Positions 41,001-53,267 are shown, counted from the stretch's first letter. The stretch: 64,000 nt of DNA from Argiope bruennichi (GCF_947563725.1 NC_079163.1:54822922-54886921); one strand, 5' to 3'. Notes: a model not told the origin generated them from the sequence alone. Program-made: numbers and translations.

Positions 41001-42104
41001 TTTATATATCTTCCTGAAATTAAAAATTCCTTAAATGAATAGATCAATGAAATAGTTGAAGATTGGACAACTACTCATTTTTAAATTAGTGAAAATGTAA
41101 TTTTAAATGACAACTTAATATTAATAAACATTGCTGTCATTTAAAATATTTAATGAAATGGACAGGCATTTTGCAACTATGAACAACAATTTATAAAATA
41201 ATTACAAACAGAAAATATTACATATGTTTTGTTTACAAAATAACAATTCTTCGGTTTAAACCGAGCAGTATAAACACTACAATTAACATTTTGACACACA
41301 GCAGCATATTTGAAATTTTATGGGGGGGGGGATTTAAACATTAAATTTAAAAACATTATTTTATTTCAATTTATTTATTCAACGGATTTGTTCTTCTATA
41401 TTTAAAAAACGCGAAAAAGATAAAAACAGAATTTTAAAAAATTCACCTGACCTTATAAATGTTGATAAGATGTTTCTGAAACAGTTTTAGAATAAAAATT
41501 CGATGCAATTTTTTCGTAAATATAATCTTTTAATGGCAATTTATTTGCAGATTTTATACAAAATAGCTACTAACAATAATTTAAAGATTAATTTAATTAC
41601 TGACCTATAAAACTTCTTCCTTTTTTCGTCTAATTAAAGAATCAAAACACACCGGCAAGGTGTTTCGTCTTGCATCACTCGGATGTAATCGAAAACAAAC
41701 AATCGGAAGCACCGCCCATGCTTGATGATAAAGCTACAAGATATACCCCAAAGGTCAATAAAAATATGCTTCTTTTTGTTGCTCTTTTATAATTACAATA
41801 AAATAATAGTCATTTTTTTTTTTTTTTAATATCATAGCACTGAATTTCCCCCAAGAAATTTTAGATACCCAAATAAAATAGACACAAAGATATCACAATA
41901 TACAAACTTCGTTATGAAAAAGTCATCGTTACAAGAAAACAAACTGAAGTCAATTATTTGTCTACAGAACCTGCGCGTTGTTGTTCCTCCTTCTTTATTT
42001 GGCTTCTGGCAGATTTTAAAATTTTTTGTGATATTCGAGTTTTGATTTTTGTGAACCCGGCACAAGCTAAGAATCCGTTCAGGAGCATACGCCGGAAAAC
42101 ACAC

Positions 42105-42128
42105 CTCATTCCTTCCTTCCTTCCTTCT
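42105..42128. repeat. (TTCC)n short microsatellite.
   Basis: Directly visible. Confidence 0.9.
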
Positions 42129-44279
42129 TTATTTTTCGAATAAGAATTATAAGCTTTGAACATTAAAAAAATGTATTTTTTATTTCCTATACTAAGTATT
42201 CATGTTATAATTTTACATTGAAATTATTTAATTTTAATATACTTTGAAATCAATATAAATTTCAAATAATCATTCTTTAACATTTTCATTTTATTTATGT
42301 TGTGATGCGTTATGCCCATGGCATTAAAGTTTGAATAAAAATAAAATATTGAATAAAAACTTCAAAATATGCCTTGCTTCACATTTTATCATTTCATGAC
42401 TTCAATATATATATAAAATAATAACAAATTTTAAATATAAAAAAAATATAGATTATTGTGAGGTGATCCTGCTTTACCTGCTCCATTCGTCCCATTATTT
42501 TGTTTTCAAAAATTAATTTCCAAAAGAAAACAGGCATAGTCTTATTTATTTATTGCCATATACTCATAATTTCAAATAAATAAATACTGTTATTTATCTT
42601 CAGTATACTATTCAGTTGATCATGATTTTGGCTCATGTAACATTGACAAACGGCAATATCATGGATAAGAATTTGCTATCTTTCGAAACTGCGTTACCTG
42701 TCGTAATTGAGGTAATTTTCTTTATCCTTATTTATTCTCTTTCGAAATACTGAAAGAGACATTCCCATTTCTAATCACAAAGTATTTCTGGAGACGGAAC
42801 AAGGAATAAAATATTAATGCTTATTGTGCTCACTAGATGGCTGCACTATTATAAAATGCTCCTACTGTAATTCGAAAATGATGCTTTATTCTGCTTCCTA
42901 TATCGTAGACTTTTTTTTAAAAAAAAAGATAATAACATTTCCGCATTTTTTTTAGCAGTAGGAAAAAGACAGAGATTTTCAAATTAAAATAGAATTATTC
43001 TGATATAACTGTTTAAATTTGATTAATTGTATGAGTTTGTCTCCTTAATTAATAATCGATTGCTAATCAATAATAATTCAATCGGTTATTATTTAAATTT
43101 TACTTATTCAAATAAACTCAGTGCATTGATTGAAATGTACTATTATTTCAAGGTTATGGATGAAACAAGCAAACGAAAAATTTTCAAAAGAGGAAATTTT
43201 GAATTTCGCCTTTTTTTATTCTCAAAAATTAAATTGATATTATATTTTGGCTTTAATTTCTCAATTCAATTAATGCAAGTGTAACAATGCAAAATGTAGC
43301 AAATGTGTAATAACCCATTAAGTTACAGTGGCGATCAATCATATTATTTATCTTAAAAATGCTCTGATTCAACGCAGTTCCAGTTCAAATAATTACTTCA
43401 TCACAACTCCTATATTTTCATAAAAACTAAACTTTATTTATTAATTTAACGGATGGTTTAAAAATGTAAATTGGTTCGTTACTATGAACACACTATTTTA
43501 TTATACTTACTAACTTAGTTCTTAAATCGGAAGTGTGCCTATCTCAATTGTGTGAAAATATATATATTATTATTAGTCCAGTTTATTAGAGTTTTTAAAA
43601 AATATGGAAATATGATAAAAGATTTGTTGTAAAAATCTCAAAGAGTAAATGAGAAAATAATAATAAATGTATTTACTTCCTAACAAAGATAGTGACAACC
43701 TTGTGTTTGAAAGTATTGTGTTTACGCGGGAGGGGGGGGGGGGTACTTTTATGTCATATTCTATACAATCTTAATACATTCAATAATTTGAAATAAATAA
43801 ATAAGAAGATTATTGTGCTTCTTTTCAAGTTTGCTCTTAATTTTTTGAGAATTTCTTTACAAATTATGGCTTTTAATCGATGGTAATACTTCAAAAATTT
43901 CAAACTAAGTATCAGGTTTATATATCGAGGAAAAAAAACATTTTAGTCTCACATCTTCGATATCATCAGTGAAATTTCAAAGGAATAATTTATCTTTACG
44001 TTTATATCGAAAAATTTATAAAGAGAGCTGTCAAAAACAGACTTTTCGGAACCACTCATTATGGGCGACTGATTCAAATGACTTTCAAGTAATCAAATTG
44101 ATAGTTTTAAAAATGAAGAACATCTCATCCCTGGATTGACACTATTGTAGTAAAAATAACAATTTAAATATATATTGAGTTAAAGCCCAGTAAGACAGCT
44201 TGAAATAAGAGAAATAAATGTCATGGAAGTCGCTACTGCGTGATCTATCATAGCTGCAAGAACTACAATCAGATTTTTT

Positions 44280-45480
44280 CAGTTTCAATCCAATAAGGTG
44301 TCAATACAAGTTTGTTTACTGTGGATTAGAGGAAGTAATATTGAGTAGGAACCAGCTCGCAATGTTGGGATTTGTAGCCGAATAACAAAATCACTAGACA
44401 CAAGTGTACACGCTGGTCCGGAAGTTGTTATCTGGCTTATAAGTTTCACCACAGATTCAACTCAAACATTTACTTTTTTTTTTCTTTGTGATAGTATTCT
44501 CAGGGAAAAAATCTATACTGTAAATAGCGAGAAACAAATTGAAAAGTATCAACATTGGAAGCCGGTTTTACTATAGGTGACATTAGGCAGTCGGTCACTG
44601 GCGCCATAACAATGGGGTATTTGCTCACTAAACGAAAATTTCGTTTCATCGACGGACATACGTCTCTTATAATAAATTTTAATACCAACATGTTTTGTAA
44701 CAAAAATGAACTAATCCCATCCTGCCTGAGCATCTGGAATGATCCAAATGATTGACGTTGCGATCGTAGCAGGTGGAACTGTGGTTGGTGTTCCAAAGGT
44801 CAGGACTGAAACAGTCGTATTCACAGCCGCTGTCCAACCCAACCTATGAGAAGTATGTCTAGTAATCGAAGTGAAGATAACTTGATCCCACAAACCAGGG
44901 ATAACTTGAAGTTCAAACCAGGGAAGCAAGAACCTGCTTACTTATACAACAGATTTTTTATACACGTTTTGGTGGTGAGATAGATACATCACAATCACAA
45001 GGAAGTTGTTCTCTCCAAAGTAGCATCCGATGAAATCTAAAAACAGTCGCCGCGATAGCACAGAATCAGGTTCTAAAGTTGAATTCGAAGGGCCATTACC
45101 GGCCTTGGCGCTACCTCTTTAATAGGCGTACGTCCCGTAATTAGAGTGGAAGTAACCATACTTCAACCCGCCCGAAGGCACACGGAAATGTTAAATGATC
45201 GGAACGCCGCGATAATATGGTTCATTCCTAAGGGCCACCATGATCACAATACAAACCCTTCCGCAGAAGCATGTCCCGTTGTCGTTAAGGGGTATCTAAC
45301 CCCTCATCTTTTCTGTACCCATCAACCCTGTTACAGGGAGCTTCTCATTACCATATCTGAGGTGCCCGCAGCAGGGATTTAGAATTTGAGTAACTCGACT
45401 CCTCAATTCTGCTTTTCCCACAGAGGGAGTCTTATTATACAGCAGTCTCTCATTCGTGTACTGGGGAAGCATACCTTGTG
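44280..45480. other. Compositionally distinct GC-richer block of unknown origin. No recognisable ORF or rRNA motif. It contains a 12-bp imperfect inverted repeat GCCGAATAACAA...TTGTTATCTGGC.
   Basis: GC content is clearly above the flanks. The ORFs on both strands show no homology I can recognise. Confidence 0.3.
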
Positions 45481-45769
45481 GGGGTTAAATATAAAGTATA
45501 AATTAATAATGTTTGAAATGCAAGCAATTTAATAACTGATTTTTTAAAAACTTTTTTGGCTAATTAACATATTTCGTTAACTATAAACAAAAATTATGCC
45601 AAATGGGTATATTTGGTTATGTAATTGTAAGGAGTAAATAAAATATCTAAATTGGTCAGTAGTTCATACAATTTTGATTAATTAAGGGCGCTAGATATCT
45701 TTGCAACGGCCTTGGTAACAGATATGTAATAGATATAAGTGCACAAATAATCTCATATTGAAGTTTAAT

Positions 45770-45965
45770 TTACTTATATCTTGTCTTAAAAAACATGCAG
45801 GTTATTTCGGGACAGACCTCATAATTTTGGGTAGTGGTCAGATGATCAGGATGACCCTTAAACCAAGCGCCATCCTCACCAAATTTCCAAGCCATATCAG
45901 CAGGCTCACATCTAAAGGCACTTTGTCTAACGTTGTACAGACATCAACAACAACAAAAAAAAAGT
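45770..45965. mobile_element. Second, truncated copy of the same SINE-like body (GGGACAGACCTCATAATTTTGGGTAGTGGTCAGATGATCAGGATGACCC...). It ends in an A-rich tract.
   Basis: Alignable to 61020-61180. It lacks the tRNA-like part. Confidence 0.5.
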
Positions 45966-46689
45966 GGGACAGCTCTGTGACTTTGTTATTTATTATCGCA
46001 TCTTCGCATAATTAATTGGTGTCAATAAAAATTACTCGAGGAAATAATTTTATTTAGGTCGATTAACTGATTAATCAAGTTAATCAAAGTAATCTATTAA
46101 TTAATATTTAGCCTTTTCCCCATTAAAAAATCCGGTGATGGTTTTTTTTTTTTTCACATTATTCTATATGTGCATTAAATTTCATTCCAAAATTCGCAGA
46201 AGTCCTTACGGTATAGTTAAATTTTTGTTTAAAATTCTGCCTGTAATGTGCAAACCCATTAAAGATAATATTTTAAGTAAATCTCAACTTGTTAAACTCA
46301 AAAAAAAAAAAAAAAAAAAAAAAAAAAGGAATTTTTTTAAGCTTCGACATTTCCATTTAATTAAACCTCATTCAGAGTGATCTTTAACATGAACATTCAT
46401 TTCCAAATTCCAACTAAAATATGATTTTTTTTTGTTGGAAATTTAACCATTTCCTTATTTTAAAAATATTTTAGAATCAATCTTTAATGTCGATTCAACC
46501 CTAAAAACATTTCAGAAACACCAAGAAATTTTTATTGTGAATGACATACATTGATTCCAATGTTTTTAAATAAAATGTAACCTCATTGGTAAGAAACTAA
46601 TGCGAGTAATGGCATTTTAAACCATTTAGGCTTTGTTTTAAAGGTGAAATTCTATTTTCAGTTCGAAGGGATTGTTAATCGGATATTGA

Positions 46690-47285
46690 GTGCATTGAGA
46701 AGTACTTCTTTTATGAATTATAAAGATATTAGACACTTGATTTCAAATAGATTTTGCCAATATTTTAATTAGATCAACATAATAAGTAAATGTCAAGATT
46801 CTAACATTATTTTCCGGAAGAAGACTTAATTGATGCCTTACGATTGATAGAAGCATTTCATTTATCAATAATATTAATTATTATTTTAATACTGAGAAGT
46901 ACTTCATTTATTAACAATAAAGATATCAGACATTGATTTCAAACAGATTTCTCCAATATTTTAATCAGATCAATAGAATAAGTAAATGTTAAGAATCTAA
47001 GATTAATTTCCGGAAGAAATTTCAATTGACGTTATGCGGTTGAAACAAGTACTTCTTTTATTAAAAATAGTTATTATTATTTTAATTATTAATATTAATT
47101 ATTATTTAAATACTGAGAAACACTTCTTTTATTAACAATGAAGATATCAGACCTTTGATTTCAAATATATTTTTCCAATATTTTAATCTGATCAGTAGAA
47201 TGAGCAATTGTTAAGATTCTAAGAGTAATTTCCGGAAGAGAATTCAATTGATGTCATGTGGTTGAAAGAACTATATACGGGCTAT
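46690..47285. repeat. Tandem repeat of about 195-220 bp in three copies. Each unit has the form ...GAGAAGTACTTCTTTTAT...AAAGATATCAGACATTGATTTCAAA...CCAATATTTTAAT...ATTTCCGGAAGAA...
   Basis: Three successive units align with about 85 percent identity. Each carries a TTTCCGGAAGA core. Confidence 0.8.
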
Positions 47286-47457
47286 ATTTACAATGATGAA
47301 GCATATCACTGGAATTAACATTCTTTATTTTTCTAGATTTATTTATTTATCTGTTTCAACTTTCTCATACAAAAAAAAAAAGCATTGTAATAGTTAAATA
47401 ATTTGACCTCGAAAATTTACTGAAACTTCATGCTTTTAACCTCTCTAAATTTAAAAC

Positions 47458-47495
<38 letters not shown>

Positions 47496-47619
47496 ATGTC
47501 TACCTAAACTAAAAAATGGAATGAATTCGAGCCATGAAATTTCGTATTTTGATCTTTACACCAAAAATGTAATACTGAATCAAGTTTTAAGCAAAATCTG
47601 TGTAAGGGAAGTCATTATG

Positions 47620-47930
47620 TCTGTCTATCCAACCATGTTAACATGAACATGGCCGCTGAAAAAAAGGTTAGATGGATTAAATTTGATAAAGAGTTTATCT
47701 TAATACTTAAAAACATATGTCAAATTTTTGGACAACTCTATTAAATGGTTGAAAGAACTATATCAAATGTTGCCTGTCAGCCTGAGTGTTCATATATAAA
47801 CGCTTAGCAACACGCTATATATATGAAATTTGGTATGTAGTTTTGAAACTAAAACTATAGTCCTGTATCGAACTTTCGATTTAATCAGTTTATGTCCAAA
47901 AGAACGTACTATATTTCTTTTTTTCTTACT
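47620..47930 (-). repeat. Copy 2 (inverted) of the dimeric interspersed repeat family.
   Basis: Contains reverse complements of the family motifs: TGTCTGTCTATC, TCAAATTTTTGGACAACTC and GAAATTTGGTATGTAG. Confidence 0.5.
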
Positions 47931-48719
47931 ATCAAGTACCTAAAACATCATTTGCTTTCCCCCCACCCCTATTTCAAGTAACAGTAATCAGTTGCAGTCC
48001 AGACACAATATTGCATGTAAATATCAGGGCAATCACAAATTTAAAAAAAGTGATCGTTAATTTGAGCTTTACGATACTGAAGCTTTCTATTAGGATGCAA
48101 CTACAAATATCAAAACTGTTGCTTGATAATGCACACAATTAGCAGAGCTGTATCACATATGAGCTATGATATCACCGATTTTTTAAATACACTTTTGGGT
48201 AAACTTTATTAAGTTTTATCTTTTTTCAAAATTTATTTTAGTTATCTTCGGGCAATAATATTATATGAACAAAGCAAGAGACTTACTATCTAGCTTGAAT
48301 GAAATTGACATTGATGATGTTATTGCTCATCAGGCTTTACCGAATTAACTTGAACACATAAAAGGCAATTACTGCAGAGGCATAGAATAAAAGATACAAT
48401 GAGAATATATGGTTCAATGAGACTCAGGCGAGGCATAAAATGAAATACATTTGAACGAAATCCACATTCTCGTCACATGAGAGAAAAATTATCATAAAAC
48501 TAGTTAGCTTGTAGCGCTTTTGATAGACATCATCACATCTAGTATCAGAATTCCAAACTTCTAAAATGAAGCTATCTGTAAATGTGTTCCAGTTCGAAAC
48601 ACGAACTCTTATTTTGCGACAGAAAAAGTGAAGATAAATTTTATTTTCATTCCTTGTTGTTGTTTCTTAATGGCACTTGTCATAGATAAGTCCACTGACT
48701 TTAGAAGTCAGTGATTTTA

Positions 48720-49075
48720 AGCCATGGGTTTCGTCTCTTGTTTTTTTTTCAGTAGCGCCATCTAGGGCCAAGAGTACGGCTTAGCTACACTCACGTCACA
48801 ACCCTTTTATTTGGGTGTACTTCATTCACTCATCCACAGATTGTAATTTAGACCTGAATCAGAGAACGATCACCTCTGATCCAGTACCCCCAGTGATATT
48901 CCTCTCAACATGGAGGATTTTGTGACCACGACAGGCTTATGCGTGCGCCAGCAACCACACGCACGGAGAGTCTTCGGCCGGTGGGGTTCGATCTCGCAAA
49001 ACAAGGGACGCGAATTCAACGCTCTACCAACCAGGCTATACTTGCCTATTCATTGTAATTGGTTGAGCCTTATTT
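48720..49075 (-). mobile_element. GC-rich SINE-like retroposon. Box-A-like TAGCCTGGTTGGTAGAGCG lies on minus, box-B-like GGTTCGATCTC lies on plus, and a poly-A tail is seen as T10 on plus at about 48738-48748.
   Basis: Composition contrasts with the flanks. It has tRNA-like promoter boxes but no foldable cloverleaf, and it carries a terminal A-run. Confidence 0.45.
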
Positions 49076-51637
49076 TACTTGGATGTAGTAATAAAGACTT
49101 CTATGAGTAGCACTATCTTAATTTGCAAATTTCAGGAACAGAGTAAAATCCTATTTGAGGATATGAAGAGTAATTTCAAATAATGGAGCATCTTAAATAG
49201 ATATAAATTAGCATTCTTTTTAATAGTTTGGTTAAAAATTGCTTTTCAATATGCAACCCAAAAATCTGTAGCTATCTTTGACTTTCCTTTGTGAATATCG
49301 TAATGTTCACACCCTTATTTGAAATCCTTACGTCAAACGAAATCTAAAATATTCAAAATATATGATCTGATGTTAAATTTTAATTAAAAATTCATAAATA
49401 TGCATAACATCCACAACTAGTTATTGCTAATAAAAGCTTTATAAAGATAATCGATTGATGGATGAATAATAAAATATAAATGATTTTATAAAAACTCGTT
49501 TCAACAGCATAATTTTTTGTTTTAATAAAAAATTCTACTTTATATTATTTAATTTTTATATCTAATGATTAATTATATTTATATAAGAAAAAAACTCTTC
49601 TTTATATTAAAATCAACTGACCGGGAAATTACTTGACAGCCATTTTATAATGATATTTGAATCTCGAGTTTCAGAACGAGTCGATCAATCGAAATAATTA
49701 GAAATTATATACTGTCCGTCAACAAGTAGGCGCATTAATACGTTACCGCTAGACAGTGGGAATTTCGCATTTTTTTTTTTTTTTTTTTTTTGTAAATATT
49801 TCAAAAATTATTACAGATATGCATGTAATATGAATATTATTGTGTTAGGAAAAATGAACTGACATTTTTTTTTCAAAGGAAAGAGAAAGCTTTTGTCGCC
49901 TTTTGATTAAGTTTCCAAGTTTTTACGCATAATTATTAACTGTTATAAAAATAAGGCAATATTTTTGCAGGAAATATGCTTTAATAAATTTAATAAAACT
50001 GTTTTTTAAAACTTTTTTATTTGGGTTTTAAAAAGTACTTTTTATTTTAATTACTTTTTTTGCGAATTATTTATAAAACACATTTATAAATACCATGGAT
50101 TCTATGGACATATGGTTTTTACACAAATTACCAAATAACATCAGTCGTGTAAAATTAAAATTAAATTAAATTAATTAATTGATTTGCTGATAATTACATT
50201 TTGAAAACATTAAAATAATATATCGCCATAGAAATATGTATAAAAGGTTTTTTAAATAGTTTTTATTCTGTGCATTTCTTTAATTATTATAAATGAATGA
50301 ATTAAATTATAAGGTTCTAATTTTCTAAATATATACAGGTATTCATTCTTATCATGGTCCAATAGTTAATTTTTAAATCGGTAGAGATAGGCTTATATTT
50401 CCAATTGGAAAAATACTTAAAACGACGGAAAGTGTTATATTTTATATTCCATGTTGATAAATATATTTCACAAAAAATTATGCATTTTAGCATTTTATAC
50501 AACTCTTTTTATAATTCCTCTTTTTTTATACAAATCTCAATTGTCATATTTAGTTAAAAATTGTCGACATTCTAAAATGTACAAATGAAAAAAATCTCAT
50601 CGTTTTTTTATTAAAACTGACCGAGTTACAGTTGTTTAATCTAAATGGAGGGAATATAAAAATTTATTTTAAGGATCAATTTGAAAAAGTAACACGATAA
50701 TTTCAATTTGAAAACGATCCCTTAAAACATTTCTTGAGACTTTCAAACTATCGATAAAATAGTGGTTTTCAACCTTTGATACGTCAGTGAGTTTTGATTT
50801 CAGAAGAGCGGTTTTTTGTTTTGTTTGTTTAAAATGTTATTGTGTTAAGAATATCTTACTAAATATGACTGACAGGGCCGTGGACAGCATAAAAAGTTAA
50901 ATTTTGTAATTTTTTTGAGAAATATATTTATTGACTCAAACAACATAAAACAAAATTCTTCCCATTATTTAAAGCATTTTTTCAATTTTAATTATGTGTT
51001 TCCCTCCTATGGTTTAAAAATTTGCTATTGGGTCAAGACAGAAGTCGATACCCTGTATATATATGTGAAAAGAGAATAATATTTTGTATAAATGAAAAAT
51101 TTTCTGTAAAACCAGAGATAAATTTTTATCTTTTTACCATTATTTATATTTATTACCAGGACATTTAACCCTGCTGGCAGTACTGTAAACAGAACATTTC
51201 TAAAACCATGGCGCAAAATTAAAGAGTAGACCAGGTAGTTAGAATTAAAATAGAGCATACAATCGCAGCCGAAAAAAGAGAGGCTGTTATAGCTGCTTTG
51301 TTAATGAATAAGTTACAAAGTGCCTGTAATGAAGCTTGCCTTCATACACGATGGTACCGAAAACAAGCGTGTAAAACACAATAAAACATTTTTTTTTTTT
51401 TGCTTCTCTTCAGTCTTTTATTGTTGTTTTCAATGTTTTCTTAATCTGTTCCGTTTTCCGTACTGCAGGTACTGTTCTACTGTCATTTATGATTCGATAT
51501 TATGAAAATTAGAATTCCGCCAAGAAAAAAAGAAAAAAAGGCATTGCCATTAGAATTGCCATTTGCGAAATTTTATCTCTGTTGCCGTAACTGTAAGAGT
51601 TGGACTGTTGTTTTTGGCATCATTCTTGAGCGCATAC

Positions 51638-51643
<6 letters not shown>

Positions 51644-51682
<39 letters not shown>
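51644..51682. repeat. (AT)n microsatellite, about 19 units.
   Basis: Directly visible. Confidence 0.95.
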
Positions 51683-51683
<1 letters not shown>

Positions 51684-52379
51684 ACGATCATTTCAAAAAT
51701 ACTTTTAAAAAACATGCCATAAATACAACTAATCAATTTTCATAGTTTTTATTATTATTATTATTATTTTTAATTTCTTGGTTTTGAAAATATGCACCTA
51801 TGGCAATAACACGAGGTTTAAAGGAACGAGGTTGATTGTAAATAAATAAATAAAAATTGTAGTTTATCGAGAACTGATCATAAATTAGTGCAGTACTGAA
51901 ATAAATAGATAAACTTCTCAAAAATTTCTTTTGCTATGGGTAGACTGTTATTGCTTCAAAATTGCTTTAAAAAATAAAATTGTTTAGATTACTGTTGGCA
52001 GTCGTTATGACTTTTTAGGCATTTTTATATAACACAGCAACAATAAGTCATAAGATATCTTTTGTCAAAATAAGCTTTAAGATATCTTTTGGTATTTGAG
52101 ATTAATAAAATGTAACCATTGATTTCCAGAAAAGAAGAATTGAATTAAATAATCTAAATTAGTTTTTATAAAGAATAAATTAGGACCTTTTTTCAAAAAA
52201 ATTGCGAGGAGTTTTTAAGAAATTAGCTTTACAAGACATAATTTATAATTTATAATATTAAACAAACTGTTATTTTATCTTAATATTATTGTCATAATAA
52301 AAGTATTGTCACCCTCCCTGCATATTTATTAATTACTACTCAATTTCTAATATATACATTCCATCTGTGCAAAATAAAT

Positions 52380-52607
52380 AGTAATAACAAAAAAACTTGG
52401 GACAGGTGGCAAGAAGACAAGCTGACGAGCGTCGTATACCATAAACGGCGAACCCCGAGGCCATTCAAGTGATTTCCTGACTATCGTAGGTGGAAACAGT
52501 GGTTTCGACCCACTTTTTCCTTAGTCTGAACTTGATTTCCAATCAGCAGCTGAGCAGAAAACGACCCCACAGTTGTTTTTCTCCCCGACGATGATAGTGT
52601 AAATATT
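52380..52607 (+). promoter_or_regulatory. Probable 5' UTR and core promoter of the agrin-like gene. It is a locally GC-richer segment immediately upstream of the ATG.
   Basis: Composition shifts relative to the surrounding AT-rich DNA. There is a short upstream ATG-TAA uORF. No TATA box was confidently identified. Confidence 0.35.
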
Positions 52608-53040
52608 GTGGTCAATCGTGTCAAGATGGGTTCATATCACCTGTGTTTGTTATTATTAGGGATAATCGTTTTCCAGCTGAGTTTGGTTGCCGCACGTCGC
52701 AGACGTTTTAGAGAATGCCCAGAAGAAAGATTGAAAGTGAGGGAAAACATGGCAGATGTAGTACTTACCGGCACTGTCAAACGACTATACGGTGGCCAAG
52801 ATGGTTTGTACAGTGGTGAAGTGCTGGTGAAGAGAGTGGTAAAAGGTGGTCATTTGAGACCTGGTGAATCGCTTCTTGTGGAAGGTTTCGGCAATTCTGA
52901 TATTTGTACCAGTAAAGTTATTGCGAGAGATTCGAAAATATTTCTTCTAAGCCAATTAGAAACCGGGCGTTTCAGACTTAACTCAAGCATGGTTCGAATC
53001 AATGCACCGAATTTGGATAAAATAACTGCGACTGTAAAAG
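52608..53040 (+). CDS. First coding exon of an agrin-like gene, secreted LN-type N-terminus. It encodes a signal peptide (MVNRVKMGSYHLCLLLLGIIVFQLSLVAA) plus an NtA domain, and ends in a phase-1 GGT|GTAAGG donor.
   Basis: CPEERLKVRENMADVVLTGTV / VEGFGNSDICTSKV / IFLL / LNSSMVRINAPNL aligns over its full length to chick and human agrin NtA (CPERELQRREEEANVVLTGTV...ISGFGDPLICDNQV...IFFV...LNSSLMRITLRNL). A hydrophobic signal peptide precedes it. A consensus donor ends the exon exactly where the NtA domain ends. Confidence 0.85.
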
Positions 53041-53265
53041 GTAAGGAAATTTTTTATTACTCAAAATAATGCAGGGTATTATAATACTTTGCAATATGTA
53101 TTAAACTCTAAAATTGTAATATTTATTATTAATTAATCATCATCATCATTATCATTAACTAACGGAGCAGCAAGCAAAATAAAATACTATTAAGAGATAA
53201 GAAACATGAAACAAAGAAGTTGTAATTAAAAATGTCCTCAAATTTAAAATGCATATGTTTTTTTT

Positions 53266-53267
<2 letters not shown>

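Noticed and set aside
41640-42130. Overlapping short ORFs on both strands in a GC-richer patch
   Set aside because: Bidirectional overlapping ORFs with no recognisable motifs. A (TTCC)n tract is adjacent. This is more consistent with a repeat fragment or a possible unannotated promoter than with coding sequence.
42637-42690. Possible plus-strand first exon ATGGATAAGAATTTGCTATCTTTCGAAACTGCGTTACCTGTCGTAATTGAG|GTAATT
   Set aside because: It is only 17 codons. GTAAT donors are frequent by chance in AT-rich DNA, and there is no supporting downstream exon.
44405-44480. Y RNA gene next to the Ro60-like gene (GCTGGTCCG 5' motif plus downstream T10)
   Set aside because: No complementary 3' strand (GAC(C/U)AGUC-like) is present to form the Ro60-binding stem. 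A 9-mer match is expected by chance about once in this window, and T-runs are ubiquitous here. It is kept only as a low-probability note inside the finding for 44280-45480.
48990-49060. Possible tRNA gene (GGTTCGATC T-loop-like and TAGCCTGGTTGGTAGAGCG D-arm-like)
   Set aside because: The two halves are on opposite strands and no cloverleaf can be folded. It is interpreted as a SINE-derived sequence.
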